Assembly: GCA_903918595.1 (NCBI GenBank)
Contig: CAIXFB010000001.1
Span: 1-45,881 of the forward strand
Direction: 5' to 3'
DNA length: 45,881 bases
Origin: an uncultured Actinomycetes bacterium
GTDB taxonomy: Bacteria; Actinomycetota; Actinomycetes; S36-B12
Position 1 is the stretch's first letter, and every line of letters begins with the position of its first letter. Positions 1 to 8,718 of this stretch are shown piece by piece. The notes beneath the pieces were generated by a model, which saw only the letters and a program-made list of their open reading frames with translations, had not been told where the DNA came from and searched no databases. A program made the translations under genes and the position numbers.

Positions 1-335
1 CCGAGTGCGTGGGCGCACATTCCCGGATCTACACCCGGCATAACAGCGGTGGAGTTATCTGCGAATTGATAGCGAAAGGCCGGCTCTACAGGTTGCAGGT
101 CGACCTCATCTTCAAAGGCCGCGCCGGTTTTGAGGAATAAGTCGCGATACACGGCCGGGAGGGTAAAAAGACTTGGACCGGTATCAAATGCAAAACCATC
201 GCGCCGGTAGGTGTGCAGTTTTCCGCCATAGCGATGGGACTGTTCAAGAATGGTCACCATGTGGCCCTTGGCTGCCAGGCGGGCAGCCGTTGCCATCCCG
301 CCAACTCCGGCGCCGATCACAACGACCTTGCTCAT
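1..335 (-). CDS. FAD-dependent oxidoreductase, phytoene desaturase (CrtI/CrtP-like) family; N-terminal part only, gene runs off the window
   Basis: Own minus-strand translation from the ATG at 333-335: MSKVVVIGAGVGGMATAARLAAKGHMVTILEQSHRYGGKLHTYRRDGFAFDTGPSLF. It has a GxGxxG Rossmann motif. ATGA overlap with the stop of the upstream GT2 gene. Confidence 0.75.
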   Translation of the reverse strand, partial: MSKVVVIGAGVGGMATAARLAAKGHMVTILEQSHRYGGKLHTYRRDGFAFDTGPSLFTLPAVYRDLFLKTGAAFEDEVDLQPVEPAFRYQFADNSTAVMPGVDPGMCAHAL

Positions 336-1513
336 TTCTTGTCCTCTTGCGTGACTCGTGTGGTGACTGCGCGACCCTTCCAAGCATTTGTACCTCGCTT
401 GTGACGCCACCACGAGAGCGCATTTAGGCCGGCGAAGGCGGCGATGGATGCAGGTTGCGCAAGTGCGTCAGGTAAGACTCGTGATCCTGTGCGCTGAGCC
501 ACCAGCACTCGTCCAGCAACTCCGGCGAGCACGCCGGCTGCCGCCCATGTACGGTCGCGACCTCGGCGGGCAAGGAGCATGGCTGCGAAGGGAAGCACAT
601 ACGCCACTGACAGAGTGCCTACCACCGCTGCGCTTCCGACTGGTCCGCCAAAAGCCGCCCACAAAGATTTCGAGTAACCGTCGATGACCTCCGACGTACT
701 TGAATACATGCGGCAATCCGCGATGCGGGATCCATCAACAGTTATTGCTCGACCACTGCTCCTTCGAACCGCGCGCATCAAACCGATGTCTTCCAAGACG
801 TTGTCTGCAACGCATGTGTGCCCGTCGATCGAGCGATAGGTGACCCCATCAAAAACAAGTAGTTGACCGTTTGCTGCTGACAGGGACGGCCGTTGCGAGG
901 CCATGGCCCACGCGAGCGGCACGGTCGATACCCATGACCACACGACGAGCGGTTGTACGAGCCGCTCGAACCAGCCTTCGGCGAGCAACTTCGGGTAGGG
1001 CGCAACAAGATCGAGTCCTTCTTCCCGAAGGAGTCTTATGCACTGTGCGATAGCGGTGGGATGCAACTCGACATCAGCGTCTACAAAAACTAGGACAGAG
1101 CCCGTCGCATGTGCGGACAGTCGGGCGCAGGCGTATGGCTTACCAAGCCATCCTGACGGTGGTGGTTCATTCTTTCCGTGCAACAGTCGAAGACGTGGAT
1201 TCTCGATCGATTTCACTATGGCAGATGTTTCATCGATGGATCCGTCGTCGAGCACGAAGACTTCGAAGTCGGTCAGGCCTTGCTGAGCAAGTGCGCTTAC
1301 CACTGTGCGTTCGATGTGTGCTTGTTCATTGCGAGCCGGAATGAGGATGCTTACCTTTTCAGTGACTGCCGGATAATCGCCGGTTGCCGGCAGGCTCACG
1401 AGATGGCGAAGATTCCAGGCGGTGTGTGCAGTTATTCCGATCGCAAGGAGTGAGCCAATTCGAGTTGCCGTGCGGATCACCACCTGGGCTGACTCCACAG
1501 GCGCCACATCCAT
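332..1513 (-). CDS. Family 2 glycosyltransferase (carotenoid glycosyltransferase-like)
   Basis: ORF 332..1537. GT2 signatures: ILIPARNE, VFVLDDGSIDET and VFVDADV (DxD). Start uncertain: ATG at 1513, or GTG at 1480, which forms a GTGA overlap with the upstream stop. Confidence 0.75.
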   Translation of the reverse strand: MDVAPVESAQVVIRTATRIGSLLAIGITAHTAWNLRHLVSLPATGDYPAVTEKVSILIPARNEQAHIERTVVSALAQQGLTDFEVFVLDDGSIDETSAIVKSIENPRLRLLHGKNEPPPSGWLGKPYACARLSAHATGSVLVFVDADVELHPTAIAQCIRLLREEGLDLVAPYPKLLAEGWFERLVQPLVVWSWVSTVPLAWAMASQRPSLSAANGQLLVFDGVTYRSIDGHTCVADNVLEDIGLMRAVRRSSGRAITVDGSRIADCRMYSSTSEVIDGYSKSLWAAFGGPVGSAAVVGTLSVAYVLPFAAMLLARRGRDRTWAAAGVLAGVAGRVLVAQRTGSRVLPDALAQPASIAAFAGLNALSWWRHKRGTNAWKGRAVTTRVTQEDKK

Positions 1514-2277
1514 GGAACTACCACCAAGCCCATGCACACGCCGCCCCAGATAGCCACCGTTGGCCGACCGAAGAACACGAGGTTTGCAAAAACATTGGAT
1601 GCAAACATCCAGATAAGCATGGTGTTGGGGACCGAATCATTCGCAACCTTGCGTGGCAGTCGATCCAGAATGGCCATCAGAACCAAAGCTGAAAGCAACC
1701 AACCCAAGAAATTTTGCAGTGGAATCCCATCGATTCCCGGCAGTTCCCAGCCGATCACATTCCAGGTCCAGTAACCCTCACCGACCATCTGTGGGTCGAG
1801 GAAAAGATCCCATGCGGCGAGCAACCAGCCGGCCAGCATCACGGTGGACAGGGCCGAATTGGAAAGCCGCTGGGCAGCCAACAGGCAGGGATACGCCATC
1901 ATCGACCACGCCATGGGGATCAAAATTGGTACGCCCAGAACTGCAGGGCCGAGGGCATCGGTATAGGAGTAATCACCGAATGGGAATTGCGTGGTGGTTC
2001 CGAGAACCTCGATCAGCCAGCCAAACGCAAGGGTGATGCTGGTGTAGGCGGCAGCCCAGGCGCTCCCACGATTAAGAAAGGCGTGGGTGACACTGGCCAA
2101 GAAGAACGTGGTGACAGTGAGTGCGGTGAGAGCGACCCGAGTGTTCCCATTGGCCAAGACCCAGATGATCTGGCCAAAGATTGTGAGGCCAACAAAAACC
2201 CAGGGCAGCGCTTTCAGCCATCCGGCCGGCCCCCCGCCGCGGTCCGAATGCGGCCCTGAATAGATCCGCACGCTCAT
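1477..2277 (-). CDS. Polytopic membrane protein resembling the carotenoid biosynthesis protein family (DUF422-like)
   Basis: The hydrophobic part of ORF 1477..2547 starts at MSVRIYSG (ATG at 2275-2277). The longer N-terminal extension looks non-coding and overlaps the + strand SRPBCC gene. Context: coupled to the GT2 and CrtI-like genes. Confidence 0.6.
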   Translation of the reverse strand: MSVRIYSGPHSDRGGGPAGWLKALPWVFVGLTIFGQIIWVLANGNTRVALTALTVTTFFLASVTHAFLNRGSAWAAAYTSITLAFGWLIEVLGTTTQFPFGDYSYTDALGPAVLGVPILIPMAWSMMAYPCLLAAQRLSNSALSTVMLAGWLLAAWDLFLDPQMVGEGYWTWNVIGWELPGIDGIPLQNFLGWLLSALVLMAILDRLPRKVANDSVPNTMLIWMFASNVFANLVFFGRPTVAIWGGVCMGLVVVPWMWRLWSQPRW

Positions 2278-2779
2278 GGCTAGCAAGCATAGGCTGGTGT
2301 CCATGAGTAGCGAACCGGTGCGTGCAGAGGTTGTCGAGACAGGTAATCCGAGCATGAAGGCGGGGCGCATCACGATTGCGGCTCCGGCAGAAGAAATCTT
2401 CGAGTTGCTCGCGAACCCCGCCCGCCACGCGGATATCGACGGATCGGGAACTGTCGAGCGAGCGGTGAGTGGGCCGGAGCGGTTATCGCAGGGTGCCCAA
2501 TTTGGCATGGCCATGCGGATCAAGGTGCCGTATCGAATCAAGAACACTGTGGTGGAGTTCGATGAGCCGCGCCAAATCGCGTGGCGTCATACCGGCCGTC
2601 ATCGCTGGCGCTATCAGCTCGAACCGATCGATGCGAACACCACCGTGGTCACCGAAACCTTTGATGGCAGCACAGCAATTTTCCCCCCAGCCCTCAAACT
2701 GATAAATGCTTCAGAAAATAATCAGAAGGCGATCTTGAAGACTCTTGTCCGGTTGAAAGCGATCATGGAGTCGACGTGA
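2276..2779 (+). CDS. SRPBCC (polyketide cyclase/dehydrase-like) family protein
   Basis: ORF translation contains ITIAAPAEEIFELLANPARHADIDGSG...TETFDG, typical of SRPBCC. The true start is probably an internal Met (2303 or 2354). Its stop overlaps the next gene's start (GTGATG). Confidence 0.65.
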   Translation: MASKHRLVSMSSEPVRAEVVETGNPSMKAGRITIAAPAEEIFELLANPARHADIDGSGTVERAVSGPERLSQGAQFGMAMRIKVPYRIKNTVVEFDEPRQIAWRHTGRHRWRYQLEPIDANTTVVTETFDGSTAIFPPALKLINASENNQKAILKTLVRLKAIMEST

Positions 2780-3624
2780 TGTCGGACTCACCGTCTGACG
2801 AGGAGCAGCTCGAAGTCGTAGAGAATGCGACGCGGGCTCGAATCCTTGGGCTGCCGCAAGTGATGGTGGCACTACTCACCGGATTCGACGACCCCAGACA
2901 GAAATGGCGTCGGTGGTTTTCCGAATTCATGGGAACCTTTCTGTTGGTCGCTGTCGCAGCGGGTGCCGGAATGGTCAATCAACGATTTGACGACTCGGTC
3001 GGCAGAGTCGCCGCCGTTATTGCACCAGGTCTCATGGTGATGGCCATGATCATGTTCATGGGCAAGGTGTCTGGAGCTCATTTCAACCCTGTGGTGAGCA
3101 TTGCCTTCGCCCTTCGCGGTGATTTTCCATGGCATCGAGTGCCGCCCTATGTCATTGCACAATTGCTCGGTGCGTTGGCGGCAGCCGCCTTTCTTCAAGT
3201 GGTCATCGACACGTCAGCAACTGCTGGCTCCACTTATCCAGGCGCAGGGGTCTCCACGTGGTCCGCGATCCTCATGGAAGCGTTGTTGACCTTCGGGTTG
3301 TTGAGCGTGATTCTGGGTACCGCTTCGGGTGCCCAAAACATCGGGATTATTGGCGCACTTGGTGTGGGTGGCTACATCGCACTTGCTGGGCTGTGGGCGA
3401 GCCCATTTACGGGAGCCTCGATGAATCCCTTTCGCACACTTGGCCCTGATGTGGTCGCATGGGATTTCTCGTCGTACTGGGTGTACGTGATTGGCCCTCT
3501 CATGGGCGGGTTGCTTGCAGTGGGCGCGGCGTGGTTACTGCGCGGCCCAGGTGGGGGAAAGTCAGGCTCGCTGGCAGCGCAGGGTGTGATCCATCCGATC
3601 ATCGCCAAGCCTGAGAAGGAGTAG
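2779..3624 (+). CDS. MIP/aquaporin family channel, NIP-like, with non-canonical NPV and NPF boxes
   Basis: SGAHFNPVVSIAFALRGDFPWHRVPPYVIAQ and GASMNPFRTLGP, with six hydrophobic segments. Start is ATG 2779 or GTG 2776, overlapping the SRPBCC stop. Confidence 0.85.
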   Translation: MSDSPSDEEQLEVVENATRARILGLPQVMVALLTGFDDPRQKWRRWFSEFMGTFLLVAVAAGAGMVNQRFDDSVGRVAAVIAPGLMVMAMIMFMGKVSGAHFNPVVSIAFALRGDFPWHRVPPYVIAQLLGALAAAAFLQVVIDTSATAGSTYPGAGVSTWSAILMEALLTFGLLSVILGTASGAQNIGIIGALGVGGYIALAGLWASPFTGASMNPFRTLGPDVVAWDFSSYWVYVIGPLMGGLLAVGAAWLLRGPGGGKSGSLAAQGVIHPIIAKPEKE

Positions 3625-3656
3625 CGGAGTACGAATCGCTGGGTAACAATGAATAG

Positions 3657-4511
3657 GTGAACCCAACTCCATGGATGCGTGTTCCTCTGGTCTCAGTTGC
3701 ACTCGTGGTTGCGTTGTCGGCGTGCTCGCCCTCGGCCGAGTTACCACCTGGAGCTCAAGATGGCTCAGGTGTCACAGGGCACGTCCACAACCTCGCACTC
3801 GATGGTGAAATGGTCTTGATGGGCACGCACTACGGCCTGTGGGGACAAGAACCTGGCTCAGCTCCGACCCAAATCTCAGCCGAGCCCTTCGATGTCATGG
3901 GTCTCGCAAAATCTGGCGACACTTGGTTCGCCTCAGGTCATCCTGGACCGGGAATGGAAGCGCCGTCCGATCTTGGGCTTCTGGCCTCAATTGATTCGGG
4001 CTCCACCTGGCAGAGCGTTTCCCTCAGCGGAGAGGTTGACTTTCATCGGCTCACTGCCTAGGGGAATGTGATTGTGGGTCAGTCTGCGCATGACCAGAAA
4101 TTGCTTCGTTCAGAAGATGGCGGCCTTTCATGGCAGGACTTGGGGGCCCCTCCGGTTTTTGATATTTCCATCAACCCTGCCAACGCAGATGAAGTCATCG
4201 CCACCTCAGAGCAGGGCTTACTGAAGAGCACCGACGGAGGGCTTAACTTTCTGCCCCTTCCCAATGCGCCGCGCTTAATGCTGGTTTCCTGGTCAACGGG
4301 TTCGATAACTGGTGTTGAGCCCGAAGGTCAGTTGCATCGATCAGCGGATGCTGCGAACACCTGGCAAGCGCTGGGTTCAGTTTCTTCTCAGCCGATCGCG
4401 ATTGCCGCGAGCGGTGAACGAGTGGCTGTGTTGGCCGAAGACACGATTTGGCAATCAGATGATGGCGGCGTGAGCTTCGCGGCTCGGATCGCCAATCTGG
4501 GTGGACACTGA
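3657..4511 (+). pseudogene. BNR/Asp-box repeat lipoprotein (sialidase-fold, Ycf48-like) interrupted by an in-frame TAG at 4059-4061
   Basis: ORFs 3657..4061 and 4068..4511 share one frame and are separated by TAG-GGG-AAT. Lipobox VALSAC. Asp-boxes SIDSGSTW, SEDGGLSW, STDGGLNF, SADAANTW and SDDGGVSF span both halves. Confidence 0.7.
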
Positions 4512-4517
4512 CTCCAC

Positions 4518-5516
4518 CTAGTTTGCAGTGGGGGCCTTTGAGTCGATCGATTCATCGCTCCCGGTAATTAGACGCAACACAGCGAGAAGAACCAGCGCCA
4601 CGCCAACTCCGAGCAAGGTGAACTGAAGTCGTTGCAGGTCGGTGGTTTGTATCGACGAACCGGTGCCCTCGAGAATCACAATTCCAGGAGTGAGGAATGT
4701 CGCGTATTGCCAGTACGAGCGCTTCGGGTTGAGGAACATCCATGTAGCGAGTGCAACGCAGATGAACCCCATCGCGTACAGGAGCGGTTTTGCGGAAATA
4801 AAAGTTCCGATTGCGAAAGCAATACCAAATCCCAGAATGGTGCCGAGCGCTCGCTCTAGCGACTTGCGCCAGGTGTCTCTCATGCGAGGTTGAATCACCA
4901 CAAACAACGTGAGCAGGAACCAGGCTCCACCGTGTTCTAACTTGAGGTCGGACACGAACCACATGGCCACGCCAGTTGCCGATGCAAGTAGCGCAGCAAA
5001 TATGTGGGCGCGCTTCTTACTCACTGGATGTAGCGCGGGTTTAGTGAGCTGTTTGCCGAAAAACCAACCGATGGGTAATGCCCACGCGGTTGCTCCGAGA
5101 ACTAGGAGCGCGGTGAGCAAGGCATTGAAGGCCGTGCTTTCGTTCACCGCAATCGCAGTGGGCTGTGCCATCGTGAAAGCTAAGGCAATGGGAGCCAGAC
5201 TCACGGCAGACTGGATTCCAAGTTGGAAACATAATCCGTAGGCTGCCGCGCTCACTGCCATCACAAGCATCGCAAGCCATGGATTCTCGGCCGTAAGATA
5301 GCCAAAGAACGACGCGATACTCAGGCTGATGCCCGCGAAAATGGCGATGCGAACATCGCCAAGTAGAGCGGCGATGGCCACCATCAATGCCGCGAGTGCC
5401 CATGTTCCTACGGCGGTGGGGTAACCGAGTGCAGATAAAGCGAAACCGGGGAGCAGCGGCAAAACGGTGATGAGAACTATTGCGACGATCCGCTTTAGTG
5501 CCTTTTCTGCCGCCAT
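4518..5516 (-). CDS. FUSC / aromatic acid exporter-like integral membrane protein
   Basis: ORF 4518..5600 trimmed to MAAEKALKR (ATG 5516), 8 nt after the upstream stop. Multi-TM; contains FLLTLFVVIQPRMRDTWRKSLERALGTILG. Confidence 0.55.
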   Translation of the reverse strand: MAAEKALKRIVAIVLITVLPLLPGFALSALGYPTAVGTWALAALMVAIAALLGDVRIAIFAGISLSIASFFGYLTAENPWLAMLVMAVSAAAYGLCFQLGIQSAVSLAPIALAFTMAQPTAIAVNESTAFNALLTALLVLGATAWALPIGWFFGKQLTKPALHPVSKKRAHIFAALLASATGVAMWFVSDLKLEHGGAWFLLTLFVVIQPRMRDTWRKSLERALGTILGFGIAFAIGTFISAKPLLYAMGFICVALATWMFLNPKRSYWQYATFLTPGIVILEGTGSSIQTTDLQRLQFTLLGVGVALVLLAVLRLITGSDESIDSKAPTAN

Positions 5517-5524
5517 AGGTGCAT

Positions 5525-5749
5525 TTAACCAGCAGACCGGCGTCCTAATGCTAAGTACGTGATCGGACCCACCGGTTGAATGAAGCAGCCAAGCGCCCAC
5601 GCAGCTTTAGGGCCACGAACCTGCGCTCGGGGGCGTCTAGCCAGATCTACCAGAGCCACGGCTGTGATGACAGCTTCGAGTAGGGCTCCAACAATGATTA
5701 CCTGTTGCTGCGAGCTGGTGAGATCACTCCACTTCCGATGGGATTTCAT
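5525..5749 (-). CDS. PLD nuclease N-terminal domain (PLDc_N) small membrane protein
   Basis: 74 aa with two TM segments. KWSDLTSSQQ...LVDLARRPRAQVRGPKAAWAL...GPITYLALGRR matches my memory of the family pattern. Confidence 0.65.
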   Translation of the reverse strand: MKSHRKWSDLTSSQQQVIIVGALLEAVITAVALVDLARRPRAQVRGPKAAWALGCFIQPVGPITYLALGRRSAG

Positions 5750-5758
5750 GTCTCAAGG

Positions 5759-6202
5759 TTAAGCCTGAGCCGCAAGTTTCTTTGCCATCTTGTTGATGGA
5801 CAGCACGAATCCCTGCTTGGCTGCCAAGCCAACAGGCTTTGCCAAAAACTGCGGAAGATATGGCACTGTGATGTCTTCGACCCATTCAAGGTGTGAGCGT
5901 GATTTTGATATCTCCGTCACAGACAGAAGTACATCGCCGGTGAGTAGTGGTCCGATTTTGGTCACTCGTACCGTCATTGCCTCGGGGTCAAGCTCATCGA
6001 CCCGCATGCGATCGGGCAATGCCAAAGGCCCCACCCCGGATGTTGCGATGAACTCGGTGCCGGTTCCACCAGCACCGGAAAGGATCTCGACCTTGGTCAG
6101 AGGTACCCAATCCTCATGAGCTTTCCAGTCAACGAGTTCATCAAAGACCACCCGCGCTGGAAGGGCCAGATCCTGCTGCACGGTGAAGTGGACCTGCGCC
6201 AT
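5759..6202 (-). CDS. SRPBCC family protein
   Basis: ORF 5759..6286 trimmed to MAQVHFTVQQDLALPARVVFDELVDWKAHEDW, a typical SRPBCC N-terminus. Confidence 0.6.
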   Translation of the reverse strand: MAQVHFTVQQDLALPARVVFDELVDWKAHEDWVPLTKVEILSGAGGTGTEFIATSGVGPLALPDRMRVDELDPEAMTVRVTKIGPLLTGDVLLSVTEISKSRSHLEWVEDITVPYLPQFLAKPVGLAAKQGFVLSINKMAKKLAAQA

Positions 6203-6299
6203 GACTGAACTCCATCCACAAAGGGTTCTGAAGGATACTTGCGTACTTTCACCATAGCTGGTCGGGAATGAAGTGAGCCTTGCCATTGTTTACTTGAGT

Positions 6300-6860
6300 A
6301 TGACCGAACAGCAGAATTACCAGGTCCTTCAATCTCGAGGGAATTTCGAGTTGCGTAACTATGCCCCTTGCGTGGTGGCAGATGTTGTTGTGACCGGCAG
6401 CGCTGAGGAAGCGGGTAGCCAGGCGTTTCGGCCGCTCTTCAATTACATCTCCGGAGCCAATACATCTGCGGTGTCCCTTGCGATGACTGCACCGGTCATT
6501 CAAAAACCCAACTCCGAAAAACTTGCCATGACCGCACCCGTTATCCAAGAGGCTGCTGGAGATGAGCAATGGATTGTTTCTTTTGTCTTGCCAGGTGACC
6601 GCCCGCTGCATGATTACCCGGTGCCCTCCGACTCGAAGGTGACTCTTCGGCAGCTACCGCAGGAACTTGCGGCGGCATTGCGCTGGTCTGGGCGCTGGAC
6701 CTCGAGCAATGTCGCTGAGCGCACCACCGAATTGCGACAGGCGATCGAGGCGGAGGGCTGGCAGATCGCCGGGGATCTGCGTTGGGCCCGTTTTGATCCA
6801 CCGTGGAAGCCACCTTTTGCTCGGCGGAACGAGATCGTGATTCCGGTCCAACTTTCCTAG
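6300..6860 (+). CDS. SOUL heme-binding family protein
   Basis: MTEQQNYQVLQSRGNFELRNY..., a duplicated (L)AMTAPV motif, and C-terminal ARFDPPWKPPFARRNEIVIPV. An alternative start lies at 6273. Confidence 0.8.
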   Translation: MTEQQNYQVLQSRGNFELRNYAPCVVADVVVTGSAEEAGSQAFRPLFNYISGANTSAVSLAMTAPVIQKPNSEKLAMTAPVIQEAAGDEQWIVSFVLPGDRPLHDYPVPSDSKVTLRQLPQELAAALRWSGRWTSSNVAERTTELRQAIEAEGWQIAGDLRWARFDPPWKPPFARRNEIVIPVQLS

Positions 6861-6863
6861 GTT

Positions 6864-6917
6864 TTAGGGCCCGATCTTGGCTGCCTTTCCCGCAGTAATG
6901 CGTGGTAGTGCATCAGA
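6864..6917 (-). repeat. Remnant copy of the 3' end of the ybaK-like gene (imperfect direct repeat of 8214-8267)
   Basis: Hand alignment, ungapped and codon-phased: 37 of 51 nt identical. Minus-strand translation SDALPRITAGKAAKIGP* against the YbaK C-terminus SYDELLRITAGTAAEIGA*. Confidence 0.65.
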
Positions 6918-6999
6918 TCACATGCGGCTTTCACCTCGTTGTATCGGGAAAGCGCACCTGTCCAACCCGCTCTGACCGGAACACTCTTACTCTTGAGTC

Positions 7000-8208
7000 A
7001 TGGGTCACTATGTTCTCCACGGACCCGAGTACATCGCCGACCCGTATCCGACGTACCGCGCCATGGCCGAGGAATCGCCTGTCTGGCTGCAACCGGAGAC
7101 CGGCCACGTGTACATCTCTCGGTATGCCGACGTGATCTCCGTGCTCTTGGACGCCGCAAACTTCAGCAACAATCGTGTGCAGGATCGACTGAGTCGGGTT
7201 CCCGAGGGAATCCCTGCTCAGTGCTTGGCCGCCATTCTCCATGACCGACTCGTCATGACAGACGGTCCTCGACACCGCATGCTGCGCATGAAGATGCGTG
7301 ATACTTTCACTGCGGCTCGGGTGCGCACATACGCGCCGATGATCCAAGCAGTCATTCGGGAACACCTGGAGGGCATCGACTGGTCCAAGCCGGTGGACTT
7401 CCTCGAGGAGATCGCCCTTCCGATCCCATCGAAGATCATCCTGCTGGTGCTCGGCTTCCCTCCTGCTGATGTCACTCAGCTTCGTCAGTGGACGAGCGAC
7501 TTCTACACCTGGCTAGCCTCGAGCCCTGACTCCATCGAAGTACGCACGAAGCGTGCGGTGACTGCTACGGAACACATGCGCGACTACGTTGCCGATCAGC
7601 TGCGCAATCCGCCCGCTGGTTCCGAGGACTCGCTCTTGGGTCATCTGCTTCAGGACGAATCGGCCGGAGTCCTTACGGATGATGAAGTTGTGGCAAACCT
7701 CATCGGTATCGTCAACGCGGCGCATGAGACGACCACGAGCCTGATGGCAAACTCGATGGTCCTGCTCCTTGCGCATCCTGATCAACTCCAACTGATGCTG
7801 TCGGATCCCTCGTTGATCCCGGGCGCAGTCGCTGAGGTCGGGCGTCTGGAGAGCCCCTCGCAAGTCATCAGCCGCGTGGCCGCTCACGACCTCGACCTGC
7901 AGGGGGTAAGCCTTCGAGCGGGCCAGTTGGTTGCAATCAACCTGGCCCAGGCGAACCGCGATCCCGACGTCTACCCCGATCCTGACCGCATGGACATCAC
8001 CCGCGATGGCCCAGCCCCTCTGACCTTCGGCCATGGCGAGCATTTCTGCGCAGGCACCGCGTTGGCGCGATTGGAGACAGAGGAACTCATTACCATGCTG
8101 CTACCTCGTCTTTCCGGGGCGAGGATCCTCAACGAGCCCATCGATTGGCGCCCGACGCCGGCATTTCGGTGTCCGCGCGAACTGCTGATTCAATTCAGCG
8201 CGCCCTGA
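7000..8208 (+). CDS. Cytochrome P450
   Basis: Heme-binding loop FGHGEHFCAGTALAR, I-helix AAHETTTS, and an ExxR region. Confidence 0.9.
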   Translation: MGHYVLHGPEYIADPYPTYRAMAEESPVWLQPETGHVYISRYADVISVLLDAANFSNNRVQDRLSRVPEGIPAQCLAAILHDRLVMTDGPRHRMLRMKMRDTFTAARVRTYAPMIQAVIREHLEGIDWSKPVDFLEEIALPIPSKIILLVLGFPPADVTQLRQWTSDFYTWLASSPDSIEVRTKRAVTATEHMRDYVADQLRNPPAGSEDSLLGHLLQDESAGVLTDDEVVANLIGIVNAAHETTTSLMANSMVLLLAHPDQLQLMLSDPSLIPGAVAEVGRLESPSQVISRVAAHDLDLQGVSLRAGQLVAINLAQANRDPDVYPDPDRMDITRDGPAPLTFGHGEHFCAGTALARLETEELITMLLPRLSGARILNEPIDWRPTPAFRCPRELLIQFSAP

Positions 8209-8213
8209 GGGCT

Positions 8214-8693
8214 CTACGCCCCGATCTCTGCCGCTGTTCCTGCAGTAATACGCAGTAGTTCGTCGTAACTGGTGGGGAACACGTAGTGCGGATGACCGCC
8301 TGCGGCCCATACCTCGATATAGCGGGAGAGTGCGATATCAACGATGGTGGTCAATGGCTCAGGGTGTCCGACGGGAGCGACCCCACCGATCGCGAATCCG
8401 GTGGCCCTGCGCACGTCATCGGCTGTGGCCTTGGTGATCTCATGCACCTGGAGAATCGATGCCAGGTTTTCGGTATCGACGCGGTGGCCACCTGAAGCGA
8501 TGACCAGAACGGGCTCGCCGTCTGCCAAGAAAATCAGGGAACTGGCAATTTGCCCAACCTCGATGCCTAATGCGTCGGCTGCTTCTTTTGCGGTGCGGGC
8601 GCTGTCATCGAGCCGCCGCACTTCACCGCGAGCACCCAGTAGACGCAATGTCTCTCGGACTTTGATGACAGATTGCTGTTCCTGTTCGGCCAT
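8214..8693 (-). CDS. YbaK/EbsC-type aminoacyl-tRNA deacylase domain protein
   Basis: 159 aa; KTLIF-like core (SSLIFLADGEPVLVIASGGHRVD) and GFAIGGVAPVGH. Confidence 0.75.
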   Translation of the reverse strand: MAEQEQQSVIKVRETLRLLGARGEVRRLDDSARTAKEAADALGIEVGQIASSLIFLADGEPVLVIASGGHRVDTENLASILQVHEITKATADDVRRATGFAIGGVAPVGHPEPLTTIVDIALSRYIEVWAAGGHPHYVFPTSYDELLRITAGTAAEIGA

Positions 8694-8718
8694 GCGCGAA
8701 GGGTATCTATCTCCCCGA

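Noticed and set aside
2275-2278. Apparent head-to-head overlap of two divergent start codons on a CATG (DUF422-like gene on the minus strand, SRPBCC ORF on the plus strand).
   Set aside because: Most likely an ORF-extension artefact. SRPBCC proteins normally begin a few residues before the ITIAAP strand, so the real start is probably Met 2303 or 2354, which leaves a normal divergent promoter region.
6477-6548. Near-identical internal duplication LAMTAPVIQ…LAMTAPVIQ in the SOUL gene.
   Set aside because: A duplicated (I/L)AMTAPV motif is a normal hallmark of SOUL/HBP family proteins, not a recent tandem duplication or assembly artefact.
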